From NCBI GenBank assembly GCA_965215005.1, contig CBDCCZ010000038.1, positions 96,001 through 160,000 on the forward strand: a DNA stretch of 64,000 nt. Direction: 5' to 3'. The stretch's first letter is position 1; the number at the start of each line of letters is the position of its first letter. A model generated the notes under the pieces. That model saw nothing but the letters and a program-made list of their open reading frames with translations. It was not told the origin of the DNA and ran no database searches. Shown in pieces: positions 1 through 12,351 of this stretch. This DNA is from Kofleriaceae bacterium (lineage in GTDB: Bacteria > Myxococcota_A > Polyangia > Haliangiales > Haliangiaceae). Made by a program: the position numbers and the translations under genes.

Positions 1-845
1 TCGGTGCGAAGCGTGCTCTCACCACCGACACGAGTGAGCTCGCCGGTTTGCAGCACCCGCAGCACCTTGGCCTGCGCGGCGGAGGCCATATCGCCGATTT
101 CATCGAGGAAGATGGTGCCGCCGCTGGCAACCTCGAAGAGCCCGCGTTTCTGCGCGACGGCGCCGGTGAACGCGCCGCGCTCGTGGCCAAATAGCTCGCT
201 TTCGATCAGCTCGGGCGGAATTGCGGCGCAGTTGACTTTGACAAATGGACCATCGGCAACCGCGCTGTTGCGATGCAGCGCGCGGGCGATCAGCTCTTTG
301 CCGGTGCCGCTCTCTCCGGTGATGAGCACCCGGCCGCGAGTGGGCGCAATCTTGGCGATTTGCCGGCGCAGCTCGACCATCACCAGCGAGCCACCGAGCA
401 GCTCGTAGCGCCCATCCACCGCTTTGCGCAGTCGCAACACCTCACGGCCCATGCGCCGCCGTTCGAGGCCGTTGCGCACCGCGACCACCACCCGGTTGCG
501 GTCGAGCGGCTTCTCCATGAAGTCAAAGGCTCCCAGCCGCGTTGCCTGCACCGCATCATCGATGGTGGCGTGGCCGGAGATCATGATTACGACCGCATCG
601 GCGTTGGGCGCGCTCAGCTCGCCGGTTTTGAGCTGTCGCAAAACGTCGAGCCCGTTGCTCGTGCCGAGCTTGACATCGAGAAGCATGAGATCGACGTCGC
701 TAGCAGCCAGGGCCACGGCTGCCTCGCTGGCGCTGCTGGCCTCGAGCACCTGGTGCGCCTCGCCCTCGAGCACCATGCGCAAGCTGCGGCGGATGTTCTT
801 CTCATCGTCCACCACCAGCACCACCGCTGGCTGTAGCGCTGTCAT
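1..845 (-). CDS. Sigma-54-dependent response regulator (NtrC family), 3' end runs off the window
   Basis: Manual translation from ATG at 845: [22 protein letters not shown] (receiver domain), [12 protein letters not shown] (Walker A), [15 protein letters not shown] (GAFTGA), [12 protein letters not shown] (Walker B). The start overlaps the upstream stop (ATGA). Confidence 0.95.
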   Translation of the reverse strand, partial: MTALQPAVVLVVDDEKNIRRSLRMVLEGEAHQVLEASSASEAAVALAASDVDLMLLDVKLGTSNGLDVLRQLKTGELSAPNADAVVIMISGHATIDDAVQATRLGAFDFMEKPLDRNRVVVAVRNGLERRRMGREVLRLRKAVDGRYELLGGSLVMVELRRQIAKIAPTRGRVLITGESGTGKELIARALHRNSAVADGPFVKVNCAAIPPELIESELFGHERGAFTGAVAQKRGLFEVASGGTIFLDEIGDMASAAQAKVLRVLQTGELTRVGGESTLRT

Positions 846-1810
846 CGGTGCTCCTGATCCTTGGTGCGTGAGCGGGTCGTCAAGTAGATCGCGATGAGCA
901 GTAGGAGCCCACCCACGACATACATCCACGACTGGTCGGTCGACCGCGCGGCCGGCTGTTCGACCCGCATGATCACGCCACCCTCGGGCGGTGCCCCGAG
1001 ACTCGGCGCCAACGGCGCGCGGGTGGCGGCTGAGTCGTGGGCTGCTGGCGCGGGCTCATCGGCAGCCAGATCTCTGGCTTCTGGCAGGGTGCCGAGTGGC
1101 CGGGGCTCAGCGGCAGCCGTGAGCTCTAATGAATTGGCTATAGTTTCACAGCGAGCCGTAGCGCCCTCCATCTCAGCCTGTGCGAAGCATTCCACGGTGG
1201 CTTGCGCGACATTGCCATCGGAGCGGGCCCAGACCACGGTGACTACCGCGGCGTTGGTGTGGTTGGCCACGTGACGCCAGCGCAGATTCGCGCGCGCGAC
1301 CCCATCGGTGACAGACTCGTTCCACGCTAATAGCCGCGCGTCATCGGCGGCGAGCGCTGCGGCTTCGGGAATCCGTCGCACACGTTCGATGGCGGCCCGA
1401 GCGGCGACCTCCGCTGAGGCGGGCGGCTCATCGCTCTCGAGCCACCAGACCCACACCACCACGCCATCGGCGGACGACGTATAGGTGGCCGCGTCGCCGC
1501 TCGCCGCAACCTCGCCAAACACGCGTCGGTCTGCGAGCTCGGCAGCCAGCGCTTTGCCCTGGCCTGCGTCGACGGCGAATTGCGGTGGCACGGCCACACT
1601 CATCCACGGCGGCGGCCCTGGCACCGCCGCGGGCTCGTCAGTCACCTGCGCCGAAGCGACGCCAGTGGCTGAAAGCATCCATCCGATAACGCACGCCGCT
1701 GCGGCGCGCTGCGCCCATGCGATTGCCTTTCCGCACTGCCGCACCACGGCTGTGCTTTCGAGCGAGATCGCACTTCGCCGCGGAGTTGATGCAGCTCGTT
1801 CACCGGTCAT
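842..1810 (-). CDS. Hypothetical exported protein with C-terminal membrane anchor
   Basis: 322-aa ORF with a signal-like segment ([15 protein letters not shown]), Pro/Ala linker, C-terminal TM helix ([16 protein letters not shown]) and basic tail. Coupled to the NtrC gene. True start may be downstream. Confidence 0.7.
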   Translation of the reverse strand: MTGERAASTPRRSAISLESTAVVRQCGKAIAWAQRAAAACVIGWMLSATGVASAQVTDEPAAVPGPPPWMSVAVPPQFAVDAGQGKALAAELADRRVFGEVAASGDAATYTSSADGVVVWVWWLESDEPPASAEVAARAAIERVRRIPEAAALAADDARLLAWNESVTDGVARANLRWRHVANHTNAAVVTVVWARSDGNVAQATVECFAQAEMEGATARCETIANSLELTAAAEPRPLGTLPEARDLAADEPAPAAHDSAATRAPLAPSLGAPPEGGVIMRVEQPAARSTDQSWMYVVGGLLLLIAIYLTTRSRTKDQEHR

Positions 1811-1825
1811 GGGATCCTTGCCAGG

Positions 1826-2416
1826 TCACGTCGGCCCGCGGAACTGCGCTAGCAGGTGTTTACACTGCTGCTTGCAGCGCTCGGGCTCTCGGTCGTTGTA
1901 GAAGCACGCGGCCATCGCTGCAACCACTAGCGAGGGCTCAGGCGCGGTCGCAATCGTGTGAACAGTTCCCTGCATGGTAGGCGCAACGAAAGCAAAGCTC
2001 GAGTGCGAGGTGCCGCCATTGGTGCGCGGCTCGCGCCAGGCGCTTATGTCGAGGCCGGCTCCGGCGGCCGCGTCGCGAAGCTGCTCGTGCAGTGCGATCG
2101 TGTCTATCTTGCGAGCTGCCAGCTCGCCGGTGAGGAGGTAGCAACCATCGGCGGGATCACCCCAGGCATGGCTGGTTATCGCCATATTCTTGCGCAGCTT
2201 TGGCAGCGCTGCCTCGCTCGCTTTCCCTGCGACGACGGGGAGCGGGACAAATGTTGGCGGCAACTCGAGGCCGTAGCGCGCCGGCGTCATGGGCTCGTCG
2301 GCAAGGGCGCCGGTCACCATCCACGCGAGCAGCGAAACTGCCGCGGCCGCTAGCGCTGCGAAGAATCGCCGTCTCGGTCTTTTCGCGGCGATATCGATTA
2401 TGGCAGGACGATCCAT
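1826..2416 (-). CDS. Hypothetical exported protein
   Basis: Likely start MDRPAII at 2416, overlapping the astA end. RRRFF is followed by a hydrophobic signal ending ALA-D. Cys-containing C-terminus. Confidence 0.65.
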   Translation of the reverse strand: MDRPAIIDIAAKRPRRRFFAALAAAAVSLLAWMVTGALADEPMTPARYGLELPPTFVPLPVVAGKASEAALPKLRKNMAITSHAWGDPADGCYLLTGELAARKIDTIALHEQLRDAAAGAGLDISAWREPRTNGGTSHSSFAFVAPTMQGTVHTIATAPEPSLVVAAMAACFYNDREPERCKQQCKHLLAQFRGPT

Positions 2417-3423
2417 ACGCGCTCGCCTTCGCCGACGCCGAGGCGGTCGAGCGCCGCTCCGGGAACGCCCACGGATGCGTCGTCGGAACCGGGAATAACG
2501 CGGGTTCCCACGGCCACGAAGCTGGGCTCTGCCGCGCTGCTGGTGGCGAGAATCGCCCACGGACGCGACTCATCGGCGGTGTCGATACGGCGCGCGCGCA
2601 CCTGCCGGGAATCGCGCACCAAGGTGATCGAGTCGGTTTCGGCGATGAAGTGCGGTCCGCCGTCGAACGGGTCGATCTGGTTGGCGAACTGAAATCCGAT
2701 GCGCCGCAACATCTTCTCGACGCCTTTGGTATCGGGGCCGACGTGACCGATCACCGCTTGCACTTCTTTGGGCAGTAGCGACGTATAGATGACAGTGTGC
2801 GGAAACAAGGCGCGAATGAACTCTTTATTGTGTTTCGATAGAATGTCGGCTTCTTGATACGTGAGACCGGTGAAGCGCTTTCCAAGCTGTTCCCACAGCA
2901 CACTCGTGCCATTGTCCTCGAGTGGTGGCAACAACTCGGATACTACCTTGTCGCGGAACACCGGCCGGTGCATCTTGATGAACAAGAAGCGCATGTATGA
3001 AAGCAGCTTCCCCAGCTGCTGCTTGTGGCGACGGTATTGCGGCAGCAGGATCAGCCCGCCGATTTCCGAAGGGCCATCGTAGTTGTAGCCGATGCGCAGC
3101 GTTTGATGGACGAAGTATCGATCGAGGGTTTCCGAGTAGCGCTCGTCGTTCTCGACGCTGAAGAACACGTGCGGCGCGCGGCGAGTTCCGTGCTGCGCGT
3201 GAATCATGGAGGTACCGACGATGGTGTCGCGCTCCGCATCGACGAGCACGAACAGGTATTCGCGCTCAGACTCGGGGCAGCTGCCGTCGAAAGAGCGAGA
3301 CGACAAATCGAGAATCGACTCGAGATGCTCGCGATTGGCGGGCAAGTTTACCGAGTCGAGATGCTCGGCAACGGCAAAGATTGCGTCGAGGTCGGAGCGA
3401 AAGCTTTGACGGATGTAAAACAT
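2398..3423 (-). CDS. astA: Arginine N-succinyltransferase (AstA family)
   Basis: MFYIRQ...NLPAN, YLFVLVD, SEIGGLILLPQYR, LLSYMRFLFI, LWEQLGKRFTGLTYQEAD, IDPFDGGP are AstA-family motifs. TGATG coupling to the upstream gene. Confidence 0.88.
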   Translation of the reverse strand: MFYIRQSFRSDLDAIFAVAEHLDSVNLPANREHLESILDLSSRSFDGSCPESEREYLFVLVDAERDTIVGTSMIHAQHGTRRAPHVFFSVENDERYSETLDRYFVHQTLRIGYNYDGPSEIGGLILLPQYRRHKQQLGKLLSYMRFLFIKMHRPVFRDKVVSELLPPLEDNGTSVLWEQLGKRFTGLTYQEADILSKHNKEFIRALFPHTVIYTSLLPKEVQAVIGHVGPDTKGVEKMLRRIGFQFANQIDPFDGGPHFIAETDSITLVRDSRQVRARRIDTADESRPWAILATSSAAEPSFVAVGTRVIPGSDDASVGVPGAALDRLGVGEGERVWIVLP

Positions 3424-4262
3424 CACGGCACCAGTTCGGTGAGGGCGGTGACCACGCCGTAACGAACTTCGCTGGCTGCGCGAGTCACCCAATCAGATAG
3501 CTGTGGATTTAGCATCTCAGCGACGACCTCGGAGCCTGACACGATGCGAATGGTGCGCTCGCCGCACGCGATCCGGCGATGGTTCTCGGTATCGATCCAA
3601 TCGAGGATCTCGGGCAGGGCGCGGGTGGTGACGGATTGGTTGTCATGCATGAGCACCACCGCACGGCCCTCGAGATGGCGCAGTTTACCGATAATCGCCT
3701 CGGCGACTCGCTGGCTGTCCTGATGCTTCCACTCCTGCGGATCGATATCCCAGTGCAGATGAGCGATGCCGGAGCTCTCGAGGAGCGCTACAAGGCTGTC
3801 GCACTTGGCTCCGTAGGGGGAGCGAAAGAGTACGATGGGCATTCCGGTGAGCTCACTAAAAATGGCGGCGTTGTCGAGGACCTCACTTTGCATGGTGGGG
3901 CCATCCACGCGGCACAAGTTGGCGTGCGAGAGGGTGTGGTTGGCCACGATGTGACCATCGCGCAGCGCCCGTTGCACCAATGCGCGGCGCGCCTCGGTGC
4001 CGGCGCTTGCATGCTCGCTGCGGTCGCGCACGCGGCGACCGACCCAGAAGAAGATGGCGCGAATTCCCCGCGCCTCGAGCACATCGAGAACCTCCGCGGT
4101 GTAGCGAGGGTGAGGACCGTCGTCGAAGGTGAGGACGACTTCAGGACCGCCGGTCGCTGAGGGGCCCGCTGCCGGTTTAGGCCACTTTCCCGCGCGCGCT
4201 AGCTCAGCCGGAGCCGCCAGCAGCGCTGCGGAAAGCAGTACGATAGAGATCGCTTTGGACAT
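3423..4262 (-). CDS. Polysaccharide deacetylase (NodB/CE4), exported
   Basis: [32 protein letters not shown] motifs; N-terminal signal peptide. Confidence 0.92.
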   Translation of the reverse strand: MSKAISIVLLSAALLAAPAELARAGKWPKPAAGPSATGGPEVVLTFDDGPHPRYTAEVLDVLEARGIRAIFFWVGRRVRDRSEHASAGTEARRALVQRALRDGHIVANHTLSHANLCRVDGPTMQSEVLDNAAIFSELTGMPIVLFRSPYGAKCDSLVALLESSGIAHLHWDIDPQEWKHQDSQRVAEAIIGKLRHLEGRAVVLMHDNQSVTTRALPEILDWIDTENHRRIACGERTIRIVSGSEVVAEMLNPQLSDWVTRAASEVRYGVVTALTELVP

Positions 4263-4478
4263 GGAAACGCGTCGTCGGTTGTATCCCGGAACGATCGCGC
4301 AGACCAAGTACTAGCCCCGTCGCGGGGCGGAGGCAGCAGCGGCAAGCGCCCTGGTACGGCCGCGGCAAAAGCGGCAAATCCCGTAACTAGCGCGAATTCG
4401 CTCCGAGAACGGCAAGCCGCCCTTATGCGGCCGCAGACACCAGCGCTGCGGCCGCAGCTCGACAACGACTTTCGCGGC

Positions 4479-4934
4479 CTAGAAGGGGATGTCGTCGTCG
4501 GGCCCGCTGCCACCGCCCGAGTCGCCGTAGCTGTAGTCAGGCTCGGCGGGAGGCGGAAAATCGTCGCCACCGCCGCCACGCCCGCCGCCGCCGCCGCCAC
4601 TGCCGCCGCCGAGGAACTGCACGTCGTTGGCGATGACCTCGGTCATGAACCGCTTGTTGCCATCTTTGTCATCCCAGCTGCGGGTCTGCAGCCGACCTTC
4701 GACATACACCTGCCGGCCTTTGCTGAGAAACTTGCTGCAGACCTCGCCGCGTTTGCCCCACACGACGACGCGGTGCCACTCCGTGCGCTCTTGCTTCTGC
4801 CCGTTGCGGTCGGTCCAAGACTCGTTGGTCGCGAGCCGCAGCTCGCAAACCCCCGCGCCGTTTGGGGTATAGCGCATGTCGGGATCGGCCCCGAGGTTGC
4901 CGACGAGAATGACTTTGTTGACTCCACCAGCCAT
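4479..4934 (-). CDS. ssb: Single-stranded DNA-binding protein
   Basis: [31 protein letters not shown], Gly-rich linker, C-terminal DDDIPF. Confidence 0.98.
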   Translation of the reverse strand: MAGGVNKVILVGNLGADPDMRYTPNGAGVCELRLATNESWTDRNGQKQERTEWHRVVVWGKRGEVCSKFLSKGRQVYVEGRLQTRSWDDKDGNKRFMTEVIANDVQFLGGGSGGGGGGRGGGGDDFPPPAEPDYSYGDSGGGSGPDDDIPF

Positions 4935-5096
4935 GATCAATCCTTACGAAAACCGGCGCGGCCGGCCGCCTGCACCGCTCGATGAAACTCGCTTCTAGCA
5001 TGATTGTCTGACAGCTGCGGCCGCTCGTCGAACCACCTGGCGGCTTGCCGGCAGCCGCTCTTGAGAGACGCTCACCAGCCTAGTAAAAGCGTTCCA

Positions 5097-5858
5097 ATGT
5101 ATCGGCATCTTTCGGTCGCGGTGATCGTGCCTGCGTTCAACGAAGAGCGCGCGATTCGCGCGACCATTGCCGCCGTTCCAGAGTTTGCCGACCACGTCAT
5201 CGTCATCGACGACGCCTCGAGGGACGCGACCGCCGAGCACGCGTGCGCTCCTGGTCGACCTTTCGAGCTGATTCGGCACGGCGCCAACCGCGGCGTCGGC
5301 GCCGCCATCGTCACCGGGTACCGTCGCGCGCTCGCCCACGGCTACGACGCCGCCGTTGTCATGGCGGGCGATGGACAGATGGATCCCACTGATCTGCCGG
5401 CGCTCCTAGACGTGCTCGCCGACGACCGGGCCGACTACGCCAAAGGCAACCGCTTCCGTCACCCCGATGTCTGGCGAGCGATGCCGCCGGCGCGGCTGGT
5501 CGGTAACCTCGCGCTCTCCACCGCCACCCGTTTCACCAGCGGCTATCGCCATATCTTCGATTCCCAGTGCGGCTACACCGCCATCACCCGCGCGGCGCTC
5601 GAGCGCATCGATCTCGCTCGCGTGTTCCCGAGGTATGGCTATCCCAACGACCTGCTTGCCCGGCTTCACGCGGCTGGCATGCGCGTGGCCGATGTGCCGG
5701 TGCGACCCATCTATGGCCCGGCGTGGAAGAGCGGTATCACTATCGGCACGGCGATGTATCCGGTTGCGTACGTGCTGCTGCGCTCGTGGACGCGACGGCT
5801 GATCGTCGAGGGCGCGCAGCGTTGGTGGCGCGCGTTGCCGGCGCGCACCGGGCAGTGA
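5097..5858 (+). CDS. Glycosyltransferase family 2 (DPM1-like)
   Basis: VIVPAFNEE, VIDDASRD, NRGVGAA, MAGDGQMDP, DSQCGY. Confidence 0.93.
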   Translation: MYRHLSVAVIVPAFNEERAIRATIAAVPEFADHVIVIDDASRDATAEHACAPGRPFELIRHGANRGVGAAIVTGYRRALAHGYDAAVVMAGDGQMDPTDLPALLDVLADDRADYAKGNRFRHPDVWRAMPPARLVGNLALSTATRFTSGYRHIFDSQCGYTAITRAALERIDLARVFPRYGYPNDLLARLHAAGMRVADVPVRPIYGPAWKSGITIGTAMYPVAYVLLRSWTRRLIVEGAQRWWRALPARTGQ

Positions 5859-5877
5859 CGATCGCGCTGGTGCCACG

Positions 5878-6990
5878 ATGCGGATAGGCATCGTCACGAC
5901 CTCCTATCCGCGGTTTGCCGACGATCCAGCAGGCACGTTCGTCGCCGGTCATGCGCGCTGGCTGCGCGCCGCCGGGCATACAGTCGAGGTCATTGCCGCA
6001 CGCGACCGCACGGCCATGGACGCCGGCAGTGAGTTCGGAATCCCGATTCACGGCGTGCCGGCTCCCGCGGGTCTCTTTTATAGAGGCGGCGCCCCGGACG
6101 CACTCGAGCGCACGCCTCTGCTGCTCGCCGGCGCTGCCCGATTCGCGGCGGCGCAGGCGGTGGCGGTGCGTCGCCACGCCGCCCGCTTCGACGCCATCGT
6201 GGCCCACTGGCTGGCGCCGTCGGCGCTGGCTGCGGTGCCAACGCGACTGCCGCTGCTTGCCATCGCGCACTCTGGCGACGTCCACTTGCTAGCCCGGCTT
6301 GGCCTTACCCGTTTAGCCGCGCTCGGGTTGCAGCGAGCGCGGTTGGTGTTCGTGAGCCGCGCCCTTCGCGACGGCTTCTGCGGCGCGCTGCCGGCAGCCT
6401 TGGCCGCGTCGACCGCGCGCCGCGCGCTGGTTCAGCCCATGGCGATCGATGTGGCCCGTTTGGCGGCGGCGCGGCGGCCGGGCGGGGGCCACGGAGTGCT
6501 GTTTTTAGGCCGCTTGGTGCCCATTAAAGGCCTCGCCGTCTTGGCTCGCGCCGCGCCGATGATCGCTGCGCCAATCACCATTGCCGGCGCAGGACCGGGC
6601 GCGCCGCGCGAGTTGCATTGCGTGGGCGAGGTTCGGGGCGCTGCCCGCGATCAGCTGCTCGCTGCCGCGCGGGTGCTGGTGGTGCCGTCGCTACCAACTC
6701 CGACCGGCCGAACCGAAGGATTGCCCACGGTGATTCTCGAGGCGATGGCCGCGGGGGTGCCAGTGGTGGCATCAGACACCGGCGGCATCAGTGAGCTGCC
6801 TTCGGAGGTGGTGACCCGGGTTCCCAGTGGTGACCCGCGTTCCCTCGCGCAGGCGATAAACGCGCTGCTTAGCGATGATTTCCGCTGGCAGCGGCAGCGC
6901 AACCGTGCACTGCGGTACGCACAGCGCTGTTCTTGGGAGGTTGTTGGACCCCGGCTCCTGCGCCATCTGGGTATCCCGACGCGGGATTGA
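5878..6990 (+). CDS. Glycosyltransferase family 4 (GT-B)
   Basis: MRIGIVTTSYP, LFLGRLVPIKG, EGLPTVILEAMAAGVPVVAS (EX7E motif). Confidence 0.92.
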   Translation: MRIGIVTTSYPRFADDPAGTFVAGHARWLRAAGHTVEVIAARDRTAMDAGSEFGIPIHGVPAPAGLFYRGGAPDALERTPLLLAGAARFAAAQAVAVRRHAARFDAIVAHWLAPSALAAVPTRLPLLAIAHSGDVHLLARLGLTRLAALGLQRARLVFVSRALRDGFCGALPAALAASTARRALVQPMAIDVARLAAARRPGGGHGVLFLGRLVPIKGLAVLARAAPMIAAPITIAGAGPGAPRELHCVGEVRGAARDQLLAAARVLVVPSLPTPTGRTEGLPTVILEAMAAGVPVVASDTGGISELPSEVVTRVPSGDPRSLAQAINALLSDDFRWQRQRNRALRYAQRCSWEVVGPRLLRHLGIPTRD

Positions 6991-7251
6991 GGCGCGTCAA
7001 TCGTCTCTGCCGTTCGCGGCCGCTGCTGACTAAGTTTCAGTAATTGCGAAGTATTCTACGCAGAGCTGCGCACCGCTCTTCCGGTGATGCTCTCCAAGCG
7101 GTTCAGGTAGGTTCCGCCATGACGCGCTGCGACGACAGGATACGCCCGGATTCCGCGAGGTTGGCTTCACCTGCTACTGTCGTCACAGGACGTCTTCCAT
7201 TTGTCACACGGCTGAAACACCACGGAACGAAATCTGCAATCCCGACGGCGC

Positions 7252-7872
7252 ATGGCATCCACTCGGCAGTACGACGTTTCGGTCATTCTCCCGTTCAGCG
7301 ACGACGAGGAGCTCATCGGAACCGCCGTCAGCCGTATTGCCAGCCATCTCCGCGAGCACCGCCTCACCTTTGAGTTGCTCGCGATCGATGAAGACTCCGG
7401 AGACAATTGCCACGCCATCCTCGCGCTGCTTCGCGCGCAGGTGCCTGAGCTTCGGGTGACCAATTCCGGCGGCCCGAGGCGCGGTTTCGAGTTTGGCGCC
7501 CATCGTGCTCAGGGGCGAGTTCTTTGGCTGATCGAGCCGCGGGAGGCGCTGGCGCCGCTGGCCGCGTTCGGTCGTGCATATCGGCGGACGGTGCGCGGCG
7601 ACAGCGATTTGGTCATCGTCAAGCAGCGCTTCTGTCTTGCCCGCCGCACCCGCTTGCTCAGCGTCATCGATGGCCTGCGCGGCAATGCCTCGCTGTTTCA
7701 GCGTCGCCTGGCGCGGCGTGCGCAGCAGCGCCGCCTGGCGGTTGAGGTCCAAGTGCTGGGCGGCTCGGTGCCTCGCCGCGCGCCGCGGCAGCGGCGGTGG
7801 ACGCGGCTTCTGGTCGCGTTGACTCCGGTGCGCGGCGTGGCGCTGGCGTTTGGCGCCCGCGAGCGCACCTGA
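7252..7872 (+). CDS. Short, degenerate GT2-like protein
   Basis: YDVSVILPFSDDEE and ELLAIDEDSGD resemble the GT2 N-terminus, but there is no DxD at the expected position (VLWLIEPRE). Confidence 0.6.
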   Translation: MASTRQYDVSVILPFSDDEELIGTAVSRIASHLREHRLTFELLAIDEDSGDNCHAILALLRAQVPELRVTNSGGPRRGFEFGAHRAQGRVLWLIEPREALAPLAAFGRAYRRTVRGDSDLVIVKQRFCLARRTRLLSVIDGLRGNASLFQRRLARRAQQRRLAVEVQVLGGSVPRRAPRQRRWTRLLVALTPVRGVALAFGARERT

Positions 7873-7910
7873 GCTCGACCGTCACAACCGGCGGCGCCTG
7901 GTAACGCCGC

Positions 7911-7919
7911 TGCTATACT
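7911..7919 (+). promoter_or_regulatory. Extended -10 (TG-C-TATACT) 6 nt before the rseP GTG; leaderless-type promoter
   Basis: tgctatactcgcgcgGTG; no Shine-Dalgarno sequence. Confidence 0.6.
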
Positions 7920-7925
7920 CGCGCG

Positions 7926-9068
7926 GTGTATTGGCTCGGCGCTGTCATCGCCATCAGTCTGCTCATCGTCGTCCACGAGGCAGGCCACTTCGTTGTCGCG
8001 AAGCTTTGCAAGATGCGGGTGGACCGTTTCAGCCTCGGCTTCGGTCCCGCAATTCTCGGCTGGAAGCGCAACGGCACGCTGTTTCAGCTCGCGCCGATCC
8101 CCTTTGGCGGGTTCGTCGAAATTCGCGGCATGAACGTCGCTGAGGATGTCGACCGCGACGATCCCCACGCCTACCCAAATCGTCCCGTCTGGCAGCGCTT
8201 TCTGACCATCTTCGCGGGCCCGGCCACGAATTATCTTTTCGCGATATTGCTCGCGTTTGGGCTCTTCACCTGCGAAGGAGTGGAGGCCGATACCGCTCAT
8301 TACACTGTCACGAGTGTGAGCGCGGGGGCGCCGGCGGCCGGTAAGCTCGAGCCCGGCGATACCATTATTGGATTCAACGGCGAGTCCGCCGCCTTGGTGG
8401 AAGATGGCGTGGCCGCCGAGGTCTCGGTGCTCGAGCGAATCGCCCGCTCCGGCGGTGAGCCCATCGTGCTCACGGTGCTGCGCCAAGGCCGGCCAGTCGA
8501 CGTCGAGCTCGTGCCGGCCCGCACCAAGGAGTTGGCCGACATGCTGGTAGCCTGCGACGCCATCGACAAGCAGCGCGGTTTGCCGCGAACGCAATCGCTC
8601 TGCGGGCTGTTTCGGGGCAACGTCCCGGTTCGCATCGGCGTTGCGCTCGACTTCGACTTCGAGCGCCTGGACGTGGGTCTCTTCGGAGCATTGGGACACG
8701 CGCTGTGGTATCCGGTCGAGCAAACGAAGGTAATCCTGGGTGGTCTTTACAAGATCGTCATCGGCGAGGAGAAGGGCGAATTCAAGGGGCCAGTGGGCAT
8801 TGCCGACGTCGTGCAACAAGCCATCTCCTTCGGCTGGGTCACTGCGATCGGCCTGTTAATGGTGCTCAACGTCTATCTGGGCATGTTCAACCTGTTTCCG
8901 CTGCCCGCTCTCGATGGTGGCCGTCTGGTGTTCCTCACCTACGAGATGGCGACGCGACGGCGCGCTAACCCCAAGATCGAAGCCACAGTGCACATGGCCG
9001 GCATCATGGTGCTTCTGGTGTTGATGGTGGTCGTTACGTTCAACGACTGCCGCGCCGTGTTTTCGTAA
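7926..9068 (+). CDS. rseP: RseP/M50 site-2 zinc metalloprotease with PDZ domain
   Basis: HEAGH, FSLGFGP, IPFGGFV, AGPATN, NLFPLPALDGG. Confidence 0.95.
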   Translation: MYWLGAVIAISLLIVVHEAGHFVVAKLCKMRVDRFSLGFGPAILGWKRNGTLFQLAPIPFGGFVEIRGMNVAEDVDRDDPHAYPNRPVWQRFLTIFAGPATNYLFAILLAFGLFTCEGVEADTAHYTVTSVSAGAPAAGKLEPGDTIIGFNGESAALVEDGVAAEVSVLERIARSGGEPIVLTVLRQGRPVDVELVPARTKELADMLVACDAIDKQRGLPRTQSLCGLFRGNVPVRIGVALDFDFERLDVGLFGALGHALWYPVEQTKVILGGLYKIVIGEEKGEFKGPVGIADVVQQAISFGWVTAIGLLMVLNVYLGMFNLFPLPALDGGRLVFLTYEMATRRRANPKIEATVHMAGIMVLLVLMVVVTFNDCRAVFS

Positions 9069-9092
9069 ACCGCGCAGCCACGAGCCAACCGC

Positions 9093-10946
<1,854 letters not shown>

Positions 10947-10981
10947 TGCAACAGTTGCGCTCTCTTTAGCTTAGGCGTTTC

Positions 10982-12331
10982 ATGGCAGACAATCCGTTCA
11001 AGGCGATTCTGAACGTTCGGCGCGATGAGGTTCCTCTCGTCTTGGCGATGTTCACGTACTTCTTTGCGGTCATCATGACTTTCTGGATCCTCAAGCCGAT
11101 CAAGAAGGCCGCCTTCATCGGCTACTACGAGGCTGCCGATGGGTTTCACCACTTTGGCTGGGCGCTCGACGGCTCGCAGGTCGAGCTGCTAGCCAAGGTC
11201 GGGAACATGTTCATCGCCTTTGCGGCGGTAGTGGTCTTCACCTGGCTGGCGCGGCGTATGCGCCGCCAGCAGCTCACGTTGGTGTTTTGTGGCTTTTGCG
11301 CGGTGGCGCTCGCGTATTTCGCGTTTGCCACCGCCGACTCTTCGAATAGCACCGAAGCGCAAGGCTGGCTGCTATATCTCTTCGGCGACCTCTACAACAC
11401 GCTGATGGTTGCCACGTTCTTTGCGTTCTTGAACGATAGCTTTAGCCCAGAGGCCGCTAAGCGAAACTATGGCCCAATCATCTTGGGTGGTGTCACGGGC
11501 GGCGCCGTTGGCTCGATGTTCGTCCAGTTTCAAATCGATGCGTTTAGCTTTCGCACCTGGATGTTCATCTGCATCGGCATCACCGGCATCATCGCGCTGG
11601 TGGCTATCATCGCGGGGCGGTTGGTCGATCGCGCGCCGCCGCCGGAGAAGCAGACCTCCGATGAGCCGGAGCCGCCCCAGAGCAACGTGGCACTCGAAGG
11701 CGCACGGATTGTCTTTAGGAGCCGCTATCTGCTGGCGATCGTCACGATCGTCGCGATCTACGAGATCGTCTCCACGGTGATGGACTTTCAGTTCACTGCC
11801 ACGATCGCCGAGCGGGTGGCGCGGGAAGATCTAGACAACGCGTTTAGCACCACCTACGCCATCACCAACGCATTGGCGCTGTTCATTCAGCTGTTCTTGA
11901 CCACCGTCATTCTCAGCAAGTTTCGTCACAGCGTGGCGCTGCTGCTAATGCCTGTGGTGGTGCTGTTTGCCTCGAGTGGCTATCTGCTCGCGCCCATCGT
12001 ATACACAGCGGCTTCGTTGACTATATCGGACAACGCTTTGAACTACTCGATCAACCAGTCAGCGCGCGAAGCCCTCTATACGCCCACCAGCCGCGATGAA
12101 AAGTACAAAGCCAAGGCGTTCATCGACATGTTCGTGCAGCGCTTCGCCAAGGCTGTTGCCGTTGGTGTGAGCCTTGGCATTACGATGTTCTTGGGCGAAG
12201 GCGAGGGCGTCGACTTCTCCAGTCTGCGGTACCTATCGATCTTCGTCATCCTGCTCGTCGTCCTGTGGATCGCCGCCGCCAGATACGCGGGCCGTCGTTT
12301 CGAGCAGCTAACCGCGGACGCGCCGCGTTGA
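10982..12331 (+). CDS. Npt1/TLC-family nucleotide (ATP/ADP) translocase-like MFS transporter
   Basis: About 12 TM segments; ILKPIKKAAF, FFAFLNDSFSPEAAKRNYG, NALNYSINQSAREALYTP, KYKAKAFIDMFVQRFAKA resemble TLC/Npt-family motifs. Confidence 0.8.
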   Translation: MADNPFKAILNVRRDEVPLVLAMFTYFFAVIMTFWILKPIKKAAFIGYYEAADGFHHFGWALDGSQVELLAKVGNMFIAFAAVVVFTWLARRMRRQQLTLVFCGFCAVALAYFAFATADSSNSTEAQGWLLYLFGDLYNTLMVATFFAFLNDSFSPEAAKRNYGPIILGGVTGGAVGSMFVQFQIDAFSFRTWMFICIGITGIIALVAIIAGRLVDRAPPPEKQTSDEPEPPQSNVALEGARIVFRSRYLLAIVTIVAIYEIVSTVMDFQFTATIAERVAREDLDNAFSTTYAITNALALFIQLFLTTVILSKFRHSVALLLMPVVVLFASSGYLLAPIVYTAASLTISDNALNYSINQSAREALYTPTSRDEKYKAKAFIDMFVQRFAKAVAVGVSLGITMFLGEGEGVDFSSLRYLSIFVILLVVLWIAAARYAGRRFEQLTADAPR

Positions 12332-12351
12332 CGTTGCATAATAGGAAATCC

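Noticed and set aside
4308..4478. Possible ncRNA downstream of ssb (repeated TGCGGCCGCA palindrome)
   Set aside because: Only GC-rich hairpin potential; no recognisable RNA family features.
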